A stretch of DNA of 33,132 nt from an uncultured Gammaproteobacteria bacterium. GTDB lineage: Bacteria > Patescibacteriota > Microgenomatia > UBA12405. Shown here piece after piece: positions 1-8,070 of this stretch. A program made the translations under genes and the position numbers. The notes beneath the pieces are model-generated. The model searched no databases, was not told the DNA's origin, and saw only the letters and a list, made by a program, of their open reading frames with translations. Where the stretch lies: positions 1 through 33,132 of the forward strand of contig CAYRMT010000001.1 in assembly GCA_964425635.1 (NCBI GenBank), read 5' to 3'. Position 1 is the stretch's first letter; the number at the start of each line of letters is the position of its first letter.

Positions 1-1676
1 CCATCCTGTTTCATTGTTAACATCCCTTCCTCCATTGCTAACTTTTGTATATCTGAAGCCGACGACTTACTAACTATCAACTTACTTATTTTCTCACTTA
101 TCGGCATAACTTCATAAATAGCAATTCTTCCTAAATATCCAGTATTATTACATTTCTCACAACCAACAATTTTGGGCAACATCATTCTTTTTCCTTCCTT
201 TTTAAACCTTTCTTCAATCATGTCATAAATTGGACCTAAAGTTTTCTTAAGTTCTTCCAGTTTATCCAACGGTATCTCCATTTCACTAATACAATCTTTA
301 CAAACTCTCCTTAAAACTCTCTGCCCTACCACACAATTTAAAGACGATACCAACAAAAAAGGTTCAGCTCCCATATCCAAAAGTCGCGGAGGTACACCAG
401 AAGCATCATTTGTATGTAAAGTTGAGAACACTAAATGACCAGTCAAAGCAGCATTAATTGCCAAATCCGCCGTCTCCGAATCACGAATTTCTCCCACCAT
501 AATAATATTAGGATCTTGACGTAAAAATGATCTTAATGCAGAAGCAAAAGTCAACCCAGCCTGCACGTTCACCTGAACTTGATTTACTCCCTTCATTTGA
601 TATTCAACAGGATCTTCAACAGTTACAACATTAACCTTTGTTGTTGCCACAATATCTAAAATCGAATACAAAGTCGTTGTCTTACCAGACCCAGTCGGAC
701 CACATATTATAATAATTCCATGAGGCCTTTTAATCGCATCCATCAAATTTTTCAAAGCTAACCCTCTTAATCCTAAGTCTGGCAACGAAGGTACCTTTTG
801 AGATTTTTTAAGTAAACGCATAACCACTTTTTCACCATAAGTCGTTGGCAACGTCGACACACGCAAATCTACATCATTACCATCTGTTGTAAAAAAAAAT
901 CTTCCGTCCTGAGGGATTCTCTTTTCGTCAATTTTCAAACCAGATAAAATTTTAATTCTTGAAACTACAGCGTCATGAACATTTCTCGGTAATAAATATT
1001 TTTCCTGCAAAATTCCATCAATCCTATATCTAATTCTAACACTGTCTTCTTGTGGTTCGATATGAACATCAGAAGCCCTCGACTTAACTGCATACTCCAA
1101 AATCGTTGTGACTATTTTAGATACTGGTGCTTCCACTGCCACTTTTTCTTCAGCCAATTTCATCACCTTTTCCTCATCTTTTCTCTCATCTAAAGCCTTC
1201 GTTACTTCCGATGTAATATTTTTTTCTCTAATATATTTTTCTTTTACAAAAGAAGTAATTTGTTTTTCTAACGCTATTGCTACACTTATTTTTAAACTTG
1301 TTTTCTTCTCTAAAAATTCTATTGTTTCCAAATCCAAAGGATTAACCATCGCCACCGATAAAATTTTATTTTTTGTATCCAAATTATAAGGAACTATTTT
1401 GTATTTTCTGGCCACACTCTCCGGCACCAAAGTTAGAGCCTCTGGTGAAAATCCAATAGTTTCCAAATCAACAAATGGTACTCTTAAAAAATCTGCTTTT
1501 GCCTTAATAAGGTCCACATCTGAAACCAATCTCAAAACTCTAATGACTTCCTCTTCTGTTTCTCCAGTTTTCAACCGTCTCAACTCAATCTCCTTTACCT
1601 TTTCTTGATCAATCAACCCTTTTTCCAAAAGGATCTCTCTTAAATTCTTATATATTTTGGGGGCAGAATTATTCAT
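1..1676 (-). CDS. pilB: Type IV pilus / type II secretion assembly ATPase (PilB/GspE family); N-terminal ~558 aa only, C-terminus runs off the left window edge
   Basis: Absent from the supplied ORF track because it is open at the window edge. Hand translation of the reverse strand from the ATG at 1676..1674 is uninterrupted to position 1: MNNSAPKIYKNLREILLEKGLIDQEKVKEIELRRLKTGETEEEVIRVL... (T2SSE_N-like domain). Motifs: Walker A IIIICGPTGSGKTTTLYS (plus coords ~670-705), DPNIIMVGEIRDSETA, His box TGHLVFSTLHTNDA, tetracysteine CKDC...CEKC. In-frame TGA 4 codons upstream of the ATG. Confidence 0.9.
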   Translation of the reverse strand, partial: MNNSAPKIYKNLREILLEKGLIDQEKVKEIELRRLKTGETEEEVIRVLRLVSDVDLIKAKADFLRVPFVDLETIGFSPEALTLVPESVARKYKIVPYNLDTKNKILSVAMVNPLDLETIEFLEKKTSLKISVAIALEKQITSFVKEKYIREKNITSEVTKALDERKDEEKVMKLAEEKVAVEAPVSKIVTTILEYAVKSRASDVHIEPQEDSVRIRYRIDGILQEKYLLPRNVHDAVVSRIKILSGLKIDEKRIPQDGRFFFTTDGNDVDLRVSTLPTTYGEKVVMRLLKKSQKVPSLPDLGLRGLALKNLMDAIKRPHGIIIICGPTGSGKTTTLYSILDIVATTKVNVVTVEDPVEYQMKGVNQVQVNVQAGLTFASALRSFLRQDPNIIMVGEIRDSETADLAINAALTGHLVFSTLHTNDASGVPPRLLDMGAEPFLLVSSLNCVVGQRVLRRVCKDCISEMEIPLDKLEELKKTLGPIYDMIEERFKKEGKRMMLPKIVGCEKCNNTGYLGRIAIYEVMPISEKISKLIVSKSSASDIQKLAMEEGMLTMKQD

Positions 1677-1697
1677 GATATATAATCATAATACGCC

Positions 1698-2336
1698 ATG
1701 AATACCTTTCCATCAACTATAATCATCACAAAAAATAAAAAAGCCACCAATGAAAAAATTGGTCAAATTTGCTCCAATCTAAATCATAAATTTAATCAAA
1801 ATAATCCTGATATTTTATTAATTGATCAAGATTCAGGATGGGGGATTGATCAAATCAGAAAAATCAACAATTTTCTTTCCCAAAAACCTTTTTCTCATCA
1901 AAGCAAAATTACTATTATCTTAGATGCTCAAAAACTTAATATTGAATCTCAAAATGCATTGCTTAAAATTTTAGAAGAACCAGGAAAAAATAATTATATT
2001 ATTCTCTCTACCAATAAAACCAAGAGCATTCTACCTACCATCATTTCTCGATGTTCTACTATTAAAATTTCTGAAAAACCCAACATTAAGACCAAAAAAG
2101 AAATCGAGATTACCGGTAATTTAATCAAAGATTTAACTCTCTCTGAAAAATTAGGCAAAAATAAAGAAGACATTTTACCTCTACTCGAAAACCAACTTTA
2201 TTTTTACCAACAAGAATTGATCAAAAATCCAAATCAAAAAACATCCCATCTTATTGAAAAAATAATTAAAGCCATCCAAATGGTCAACGCCAACGTTGAT
2301 CCCAAAAACGCCTTAGATTTTGTTTTCATAAGTTAA
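1698..2336 (+). CDS. holB: DNA polymerase III delta-prime-like clamp-loader subunit (short form, 212 aa)
   Basis: ESQNALLKILEEPGKNNYIILSTNKTKSILPTIISRCSTIKI matches the delta-prime NALLKtLEEP ... SRC sensor region. There is no Walker A, and the protein is much shorter than the ~330 aa typical form. Confidence 0.7.
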   Translation: MNTFPSTIIITKNKKATNEKIGQICSNLNHKFNQNNPDILLIDQDSGWGIDQIRKINNFLSQKPFSHQSKITIILDAQKLNIESQNALLKILEEPGKNNYIILSTNKTKSILPTIISRCSTIKISEKPNIKTKKEIEITGNLIKDLTLSEKLGKNKEDILPLLENQLYFYQQELIKNPNQKTSHLIEKIIKAIQMVNANVDPKNALDFVFIS

Positions 2337-2375
2337 CCAATTTCCGCATTTTCCCCTTATTGATTTTCAAAAATG

Positions 2376-2384
2376 TGATATAAT
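2376..2384 (+). promoter_or_regulatory. Extended -10 box TGATATAAT, 8 nt upstream of the fic ATG (leaderless-type promoter)
   Basis: TGnTATAAT consensus read directly. No Shine-Dalgarno between it and ATG 2393. Confidence 0.5.
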
Positions 2385-2392
2385 TTAATCAG

Positions 2393-3526
2393 ATGTTTTA
2401 TCCGGTATTTTCAATCAATAATCAAATTCTAAAAAACATTGGTATCATCGAAGGTGCCAAAGCTATTATTGACGAAGCCCCTCTGATTCCCGCCTACGAA
2501 AAACAATTTCAACAAGAAGCCATCGTTCGTACTGTTCATTTCGGCACTCGTATTGAAGGAAACGACCTAACTTATCAAGAAGTCGCTAAACTAGTCGAAG
2601 GTCAAAAAATTACCGCCACCGACCGTGATATTCAAGAAGTTATCAACTATCGCAACGTTGTTTCTTATCTTGAAGAACTTTGGTCTCTCTACGATGCCAA
2701 CATGCCACTACCAGAAGAAAAAACTGTTCCCGCTTTTTCCAACAGCCAAAATCGTCCATTTTTCTACAGCGAAACTATTATCAAAAGAATTCATAATTTA
2801 ACCACTGCCAAAATTATTCCCGAAATCGATTGTGGTAAATATCGCCACCAACAAGTCGTTTTAAAAAATACTCGCACCGGTGAAATCGCCCATAGACCTC
2901 CTCCAGCCATAGAAGTTCCATATTTGATTGCCGATTTTATTGACTGGCTCAACAGTTCTTCTTCCCGAGAAATTCACCCAGCCATTCGCGCTGCTATTTC
3001 TCAATACATTTTAGTTGCCATTCATCCTTTCATCGAAGGTAATGGTCGTGTTAGTCGTGCTTTTGCTATGTTGCCTCTTTATGTTGAAGGTTACGACATT
3101 CGTCGTCTTTTTTCCTTAGAAGAATATTTCGATCGTAACGCCGAACTTTATTATAATGCTCTTCAAAGTACTCACGAACTTTCATCTGATATTTTTAAAA
3201 GAGATTTAACCAATTGGATTAGTTATTTTACCGAAGCAGTTTCTATCGAATTGTCACGTGTTAAAGCAAAAGTTCAATCTCTTTCTCGAGACATTAAATT
3301 AAAACAAAAACTCGGCGGCAAACAAATCCATTTAACCGAACGACAAATCAAGTTAGTTGAATACATGCAACAATTCGGTGGACTTCGCATGCCCGACGCT
3401 CAACAACTTCTTCCCATGGTTTCCGACGATACTATTTGGCGTGATCTTAAAAAACTGGTCGATAGCGGAGCTATTGAAAAACGTGGTTCCACCAAAGGCG
3501 CCTATTACTGCCTTGTCAATGCCTGA
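2393..3526 (+). CDS. Fic/DOC family protein (AMPylase-type Fic domain) with C-terminal winged-helix domain
   Basis: Fic active-site motif HPFIEGNGRVSRA (HxFx[D/E]GNGRxxR). C-terminal LTERQIKLVEYMQQFGG...WRDLKKLVDSGAIEKRG looks like a wHTH. Confidence 0.9.
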   Translation: MFYPVFSINNQILKNIGIIEGAKAIIDEAPLIPAYEKQFQQEAIVRTVHFGTRIEGNDLTYQEVAKLVEGQKITATDRDIQEVINYRNVVSYLEELWSLYDANMPLPEEKTVPAFSNSQNRPFFYSETIIKRIHNLTTAKIIPEIDCGKYRHQQVVLKNTRTGEIAHRPPPAIEVPYLIADFIDWLNSSSSREIHPAIRAAISQYILVAIHPFIEGNGRVSRAFAMLPLYVEGYDIRRLFSLEEYFDRNAELYYNALQSTHELSSDIFKRDLTNWISYFTEAVSIELSRVKAKVQSLSRDIKLKQKLGGKQIHLTERQIKLVEYMQQFGGLRMPDAQQLLPMVSDDTIWRDLKKLVDSGAIEKRGSTKGAYYCLVNA

Positions 3527-3538
3527 TAAAATAGGAAT

Positions 3539-5509
3539 ATGATCACTCTCGATTCTCCTGAACTTAAAAATATTTCTCCTCAAAATTTAGGCGAACTTCT
3601 AATCGAAGCCAAAAAGGCCTACTACACCGACAGTAAACCCATCATGGATGACCACACTTTTGACACTCTTGAAGAGACATTACGAAAGATCAATCCCTAT
3701 CATCGTATTTTCACCAAAGTTGGTACTTCCCACTTCAACACCGGTTTTGATAAGAAAAAACACTCCATGCCAATGGGCTCTCAAAATAAAGTCAATAAAA
3801 TTGAAGATCTTATTCATTATTTTGAATTAAAAAAAATCCCATCCAATACCGACTTTGTCGTTCAGCCAAAATGTGACGGCATCTCTTTAGAAATTGAATA
3901 CAAAAATGGCAAATTAGTGGACGCCATCACACGCGGCGACGGCGAAATAGGGGATGTTATTACCCAGAATGTGGTCAAAATGAAAAATTTTGTCAAAGAA
4001 TTCAAAGATAATTTTTCTGGATCAGTTCGTTGTGAAATCGTCATGCTTGAACAAGATTTTCAAAAACTAAATAAATTAGAAAGTCTCCCTGTCAAAGGAG
4101 ATGCCCGCAGGGCAGAGGGTTTATACAGTAATTGCAGAAACGCTACTTCCGGCATATCTCAAAGACTTGATGGTAAATTTTCCGAACTCTGCAGCCTCTA
4201 CGCCGTCGACATTTTTTCCCACCAAAAACAATTTATCACCGAAGTTGAAAAAATTAATTTTTTAAAACACCACGGTTTTACTACCGTCGAAGATCTTCAT
4301 TGTCAAACATTCAACCAAATCGAAAAAATCTATCAAGAATTTTTATTTGAAAAAAGAAAAAATTATCCTTTTGAAATCGACGGGCTCGTTATTAAAATCA
4401 ACGACACTCAGTTAGAACACCAACTCGGTTCTAAAAATAACCGTCCCAAAGGTCAAGTCGCTTACAAATTTCCCGCCCGTTCTAGTCAAACCAGAATTAT
4501 TAATATCAATTGGCAAGTCGGCCCCATGGGTACCATCACTCCAGTTGCCGAAGTCGAACCTATCGAAATTTCTGGAGCCGTCATCACCTTTGCCTCCCTC
4601 GCTAATTACGATTTAATAAAAGAAAAAGATATTAATATCAATGACGTTGTTGAGATTCAACGTCGCGGCGATGTCATTCCTCATGTCGAAAAAGTTGTCA
4701 CCAAAGTCACCAAAAGTCATATTTCTGCTCCAACCCATTGTCCCTCCTGCAATACTAAATTAGTAGTCGATAATAAATTTTTAAAATGTCCTAATATTCA
4801 AAAATGCTCTGCTCAAATTCTTGGCTCTCTTAAATTGTTTTGCAACACTTTAGAAATTAAAGGTATTTCCGAAAAAACCATCGACAAACTCTACAAAGAA
4901 AAATTAATCCGTCTTCCGGGTGATTTTTATGATTTAAAAGTTTCCGATTTTGAAAAACTTTTTGGTCTTGGTCATAAATCTGGAACCAACATCATCAATG
5001 AAATCCAAAACAAAAAAAATCTAACCTTAAAACAAATTTTGGATGCCTCAATTATTCCCAACTTTAGCTCTCAACGAATTATTCAACTTATTAATGCAGG
5101 TTTCGATACCTCTGAAAAAATATTAAACATCACCATCGACCAATTAGAATCTCTTCCCGGCATTCAAATCACTCTAGCCAAAAAAATCTACCAGGGTATA
5201 CAAGATCGTAAGGATTTTATTCTGTCTATTCTTACCCATGTAGAGACGCCAGATCTGGCGTCTCTACCAACAATATCAAAAAAATTATTTGGTAAATCAT
5301 TTGCCATCACTGGAACTCTCAATAAACCTCGTAAAGAAATCGAAGATCAAATCACTTCTCTCGGCGGCCAACCGGCTTCTTCTGTTTCTAAAAATACTGA
5401 CTATCTGATCACCAATGAAACTGAGTCTAATTCATCTAAATTTATCAATGCTAAAAAATTCGGAACCAAAATTATAACTGAATCTGAGTTTGAACAATTA
5501 GCAGTCTAG
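3539..5509 (+). CDS. ligA: NAD-dependent DNA ligase
   Basis: Adenylation motif VQPKCDGISLEIEY (KxDG) and TRGDGEIGDVIT. Cys4 zinc finger CPSCNTKL...CPNIQKC. HhH region and C-terminal BRCT (FAITGTL...). Confidence 0.95.
   Translation: MITLDSPELKNISPQNLGELLIEAKKAYYTDSKPIMDDHTFDTLEETLRKINPYHRIFTKVGTSHFNTGFDKKKHSMPMGSQNKVNKIEDLIHYFELKKIPSNTDFVVQPKCDGISLEIEYKNGKLVDAITRGDGEIGDVITQNVVKMKNFVKEFKDNFSGSVRCEIVMLEQDFQKLNKLESLPVKGDARRAEGLYSNCRNATSGISQRLDGKFSELCSLYAVDIFSHQKQFITEVEKINFLKHHGFTTVEDLHCQTFNQIEKIYQEFLFEKRKNYPFEIDGLVIKINDTQLEHQLGSKNNRPKGQVAYKFPARSSQTRIININWQVGPMGTITPVAEVEPIEISGAVITFASLANYDLIKEKDININDVVEIQRRGDVIPHVEKVVTKVTKSHISAPTHCPSCNTKLVVDNKFLKCPNIQKCSAQILGSLKLFCNTLEIKGISEKTIDKLYKEKLIRLPGDFYDLKVSDFEKLFGLGHKSGTNIINEIQNKKNLTLKQILDASIIPNFSSQRIIQLINAGFDTSEKILNITIDQLESLPGIQITLAKKIYQGIQDRKDFILSILTHVETPDLASLPTISKKLFGKSFAITGTLNKPRKEIEDQITSLGGQPASSVSKNTDYLITNETESNSSKFINAKKFGTKIITESEFEQLAV
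5240..5267. repeat. Perfect 28-nt palindrome GTAGAGACGCCAGA|TCTGGCGTCTCTAC inside ligA
   Basis: Read directly; the second half is the exact reverse complement of the first. In-frame, encoding V-E-T-P-D-L-A-S-L. Confidence 0.95.
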
Positions 5510-5624
5510 TACCAAAAGTGCTAATATTAGCCTCGATTTTACTTTTCCCTATCTTTAGGTATAAATAAGTATCAATATATATCTAAATACTATTAATATA
5601 GTATTATGTATATCAATCCATCAA

Positions 5625-5633
5625 TGCTAAAAT
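5625..5633 (+). promoter_or_regulatory. Extended -10-like box TGCTAAAAT, 5 nt upstream of the pth ATG
   Basis: TGnTAAAAT read directly. No SD before ATG 5639. Confidence 0.4.
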
Positions 5634-5638
5634 AAGCT

Positions 5639-6163
5639 ATGAAACTAATCATCGGTCTCGGAAATCCGGATAAAAAATATCAAAACACTCGACATAATTT
5701 AGGCCAAAAAATTGTTAAAGAATATGTAGAGACGTTTTACAAAACGTCTCTAACCAATAAATCTAATCTCTCATCTCAAATTTATGAAATCGGGCAGGGG
5801 AGTGATAAAACAATTTTTGCCATCCCCACCGAATACATGAATAACTCTGGAATCACCGTCCAAAAAATTGCTCAATTTTATAAAATTTCTCCCTTAAATA
5901 TTAATATCATTCACGACGATCTTGATTTACCAGTAGGGGATTATAAAATTCAATTTGATCGCGGACCAGCTGGTCACAATGGCATCAAATCTATTATTGA
6001 AAACTTAGGCACTCAACAATTTCATCGCATCAGAATCGGCATTGGTAAATCTCAAAACAACATTCCAGTTGAAGACTACGTTCTTCAACCATTTTCATCC
6101 GAAGAAAAAGATATAATCAACACTCTAACTCCTGAAATATTTGAAGAAATTAAAAACATTTAG
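5639..6163 (+). CDS. pth: Peptidyl-tRNA hydrolase
   Basis: MKLIIGLGNPDKKYQNTRHNLG N-terminus, YMNNSG, and HDDLDLPVG...GHNG are classical Pth motifs. Confidence 0.95.
   Translation: MKLIIGLGNPDKKYQNTRHNLGQKIVKEYVETFYKTSLTNKSNLSSQIYEIGQGSDKTIFAIPTEYMNNSGITVQKIAQFYKISPLNINIIHDDLDLPVGDYKIQFDRGPAGHNGIKSIIENLGTQQFHRIRIGIGKSQNNIPVEDYVLQPFSSEEKDIINTLTPEIFEEIKNI
5727..5752. repeat. Hairpin palindrome TAGAGACGTTTT-AC-AAAACGTCTCTA (12-bp stem, 2-nt loop) inside pth
   Basis: Read directly. Shares the ATGTAGAGACG left flank and CGTCTCTA right arm with the ligA palindrome. In-frame, encoding V-E-T-F-Y-K-T-S-L. Confidence 0.95.
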
Positions 6164-6233
6164 GGCTCATAGTTAAACGGTATAACGCGTCATTCGCATT
6201 GACGTATTCTGGGTTCAATTCCCAGTGAGTCCA
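6163..6233 (+). tRNA. tRNA-Ala (anticodon CGC), no encoded CCA
   Basis: Hand-folded cloverleaf. Acceptor GGGCTCA/TGAGTCC with the G3:U70 alanine identity pair. D stem GTTA/TAAC. Anticodon stem CGTCA/TGACG with loop TTCGCAT. T arm CTGGG-TTCAATT-CCCAG. Discriminator A6233. Confidence 0.9.
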
Positions 6234-6235
6234 CA

Positions 6236-7765
6236 ATGGTAAAAACCACATTAAAATCAGTCGCTAAATCAGTTGGGCAAGGGATTAAAAATGACCCTGA
6301 AATTAAACGCATCTACAACAAACATCCAAAGTTTTTTAGATTCATAAAAAACAGACTTACTCCCAACGAAAAATATGGTCTCTATTTAACCATTGGTAGT
6401 TTGATCACTTTATTCTTCGTTTACTTATTTTTTGAAGTCATTCAAAGCTATATTGGGCAAGAAGCTTTAATCCGCGCCGACCTAAGAATCATAAATCTTA
6501 TCAGTCATTTTCGCACTCCAAGTCTCAATCAATTCATGCTCTTTATTACTTATTTAGCTCAAGGTGAAATCATTGTCATTGCTATTATTTTTTCTCTAAT
6601 AATCCTAACTCTACTTCGCAAGTGGTCCTATATCCGTAGCCTTTTAGTCTTTGTCATTGGAGGAGAATTATTTGTTTGGATTATTAAAAATATTATTGAT
6701 CGCCCAAGACCTCCACTAACAGAAGCGCTCGTCACCGAAACCAGTTATAGTTTTCCCAGCGGTCACAGCTTCATTGCCATTGCTTTTTACGGTCTTATTG
6801 TTTTTTTTCTTTTTGATAGTCTCAAAAAAAAATCTCTTAAAGCCATCAGTTTAATTTTAGGAACTATTTTAGTGATTTTAATTGGTGCCTCCAGAATTTA
6901 TCTTGGTGCCCATTGGCCATCAGATGTTTTAGCCAGTTATACTTCAGGACTCGCCTGGCTTACTATTATCATTACCATTACTCACATTAAGAAAAAATTT
7001 AATTCCAAAATAATTCAAGCACCCCGTTTACCACATAAAACCGTAGCCAAAATTAGTGTTCTATTAATAGTAATATTTTCTTTTTCTGTTTACACCTTCT
7101 ACAAAAATCATCCACTTAAAAATATAACCATCACTCCAATTTCCAAAACAATTATTAAAACCAATGAAATTGACACCAAACTATTTGAAACTTTACCTAA
7201 AATCAGCGAAACCATCACTGCTGCTCCAGCTGAACCTATTAATATTATTATTGTTGCCAATAAAGAAATTTTAAATAAAGCCTTTATCGATTCTGGTTGG
7301 TTTTTATTAGATCAAATCAGCCCTAAAACTAGCCTAAAAATTATTAGTTCCATCACCAAAAACCAACCATATCCTCAAACACCAGGTCTTCCAGTTTTTT
7401 GGGACACTCGTTCCAACGACATCGGCTTCGGTAAACCAACACTAGAAAATCTTGCCTCCTCTCGCCACCACATCCATTTTTGGGAAACAAATTTCACCAC
7501 TTCTGATGGTCAATCAATTTGGGTTGGAACTGCTCATTTCGACCAAAAAATAAAAACTATTGGTAAATTTATCTTACCCATTCATACCACTGATAAAATG
7601 GTCGACAACGAAAGAGAAGAAATTAAAAATAATTTAGAACAAAACGGCTTTATTAAATCATTTGAAAAAATTAATCTTACCGGTCTAACCTACGGATCCA
7701 AAAAAAGTGGCAACAATTTCCTTACTAATGGTCAAGCTTACATTTTATATCTTCAAAACAAATGA
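6236..7765 (+). CDS. PAP2-family membrane phosphatase fused to a C-terminal LssY_C-like soluble domain
   Basis: The three PAP2 motifs are present: KNIIDRPRPP, SFPSGHS, SRIYLGAHWPSDV. Multiple TM helices, then a ~220-aa C-terminal domain (WFLLDQ...HHIHFWET...) recalled as LssY C-terminus-like. Confidence 0.75.
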   Translation: MVKTTLKSVAKSVGQGIKNDPEIKRIYNKHPKFFRFIKNRLTPNEKYGLYLTIGSLITLFFVYLFFEVIQSYIGQEALIRADLRIINLISHFRTPSLNQFMLFITYLAQGEIIVIAIIFSLIILTLLRKWSYIRSLLVFVIGGELFVWIIKNIIDRPRPPLTEALVTETSYSFPSGHSFIAIAFYGLIVFFLFDSLKKKSLKAISLILGTILVILIGASRIYLGAHWPSDVLASYTSGLAWLTIIITITHIKKKFNSKIIQAPRLPHKTVAKISVLLIVIFSFSVYTFYKNHPLKNITITPISKTIIKTNEIDTKLFETLPKISETITAAPAEPINIIIVANKEILNKAFIDSGWFLLDQISPKTSLKIISSITKNQPYPQTPGLPVFWDTRSNDIGFGKPTLENLASSRHHIHFWETNFTTSDGQSIWVGTAHFDQKIKTIGKFILPIHTTDKMVDNEREEIKNNLEQNGFIKSFEKINLTGLTYGSKKSGNNFLTNGQAYILYLQNK

Positions 7766-8055
7766 CCAAAAACCAACCAACTGCAATCGGAGATCAATTA
7801 TTCAAATTTAAAGAAACATTAAACCAGCGCCAAAAATATGTCAAAAACGAATTTCAATCATACGGGCTTGAATTAGCCAAAGAGTTAGGGGATTGGAAAA
7901 ATAAATCTCTTTATCTTCGACTGGCCAAAACCGTCGACCGTAAAATTTTAGAACAAGCTAGATACTTCGTCAAAGATCAAAACCCCGGCACCATCAAAAC
8001 TCCTTATAAGCTTTTTATGTGGAAACTTCGCCAGATTAAAGAGAATAAAATGTAG
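7762..8055 (+). CDS. Small hypothetical protein (97 aa), translationally coupled (ATGA overlap) to the PAP2 gene
   Basis: Intact ORF with a 4-nt overlap onto the upstream stop. Basic, helical composition. No family recognised. Confidence 0.5.
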   Translation: MTKNQPTAIGDQLFKFKETLNQRQKYVKNEFQSYGLELAKELGDWKNKSLYLRLAKTVDRKILEQARYFVKDQNPGTIKTPYKLFMWKLRQIKENKM

Positions 8056-8070
8056 TATAATTCTTGTTAT

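Noticed and set aside
1108-1608. Two + strand track ORFs (1108-1389, 1399-1608)
   Set aside because: They lie antisense within the continuous PilB-family ORF on the reverse strand. Their low-complexity S/F/T-rich translations are typical of antisense frames in AT-rich genes.
2393-3526. Higher GC of fic (about 40 percent in sampled lines versus about 27 percent in holB) as evidence of horizontal transfer
   Set aside because: Sampled lines of gyrA and other conserved genes are also about 40 percent GC, so the difference tracks conservation or expression rather than foreign origin.
3353-4044. Short overlapping track ORFs (3353-3583 -, 3357-3542 +, 3648-3830 +, 3862-4044 -). Similar ones sit inside other genes: 8284-8511, 9990-10976, 11827-12045, 13829-14098, 15064-15624, 17280-19326, 24523-24804, 25554-25751, 26088-26297, 26731-27452 and 29738-29932.
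   Set aside because: All are fully nested in or antisense to long ORFs with strong family motifs. None has recognisable motifs of its own.
5240-5752. Palindromes as cloning or synthetic artefacts (each contains paired BsmBI sites GAGACG/CGTCTC, and one has a central BglII AGATCT)
   Set aside because: They are in-frame within otherwise normal-length ligA and pth, with no vector-like flanks, and the restriction sites follow simply from the palindromic arms. This cannot be formally excluded without the raw reads.
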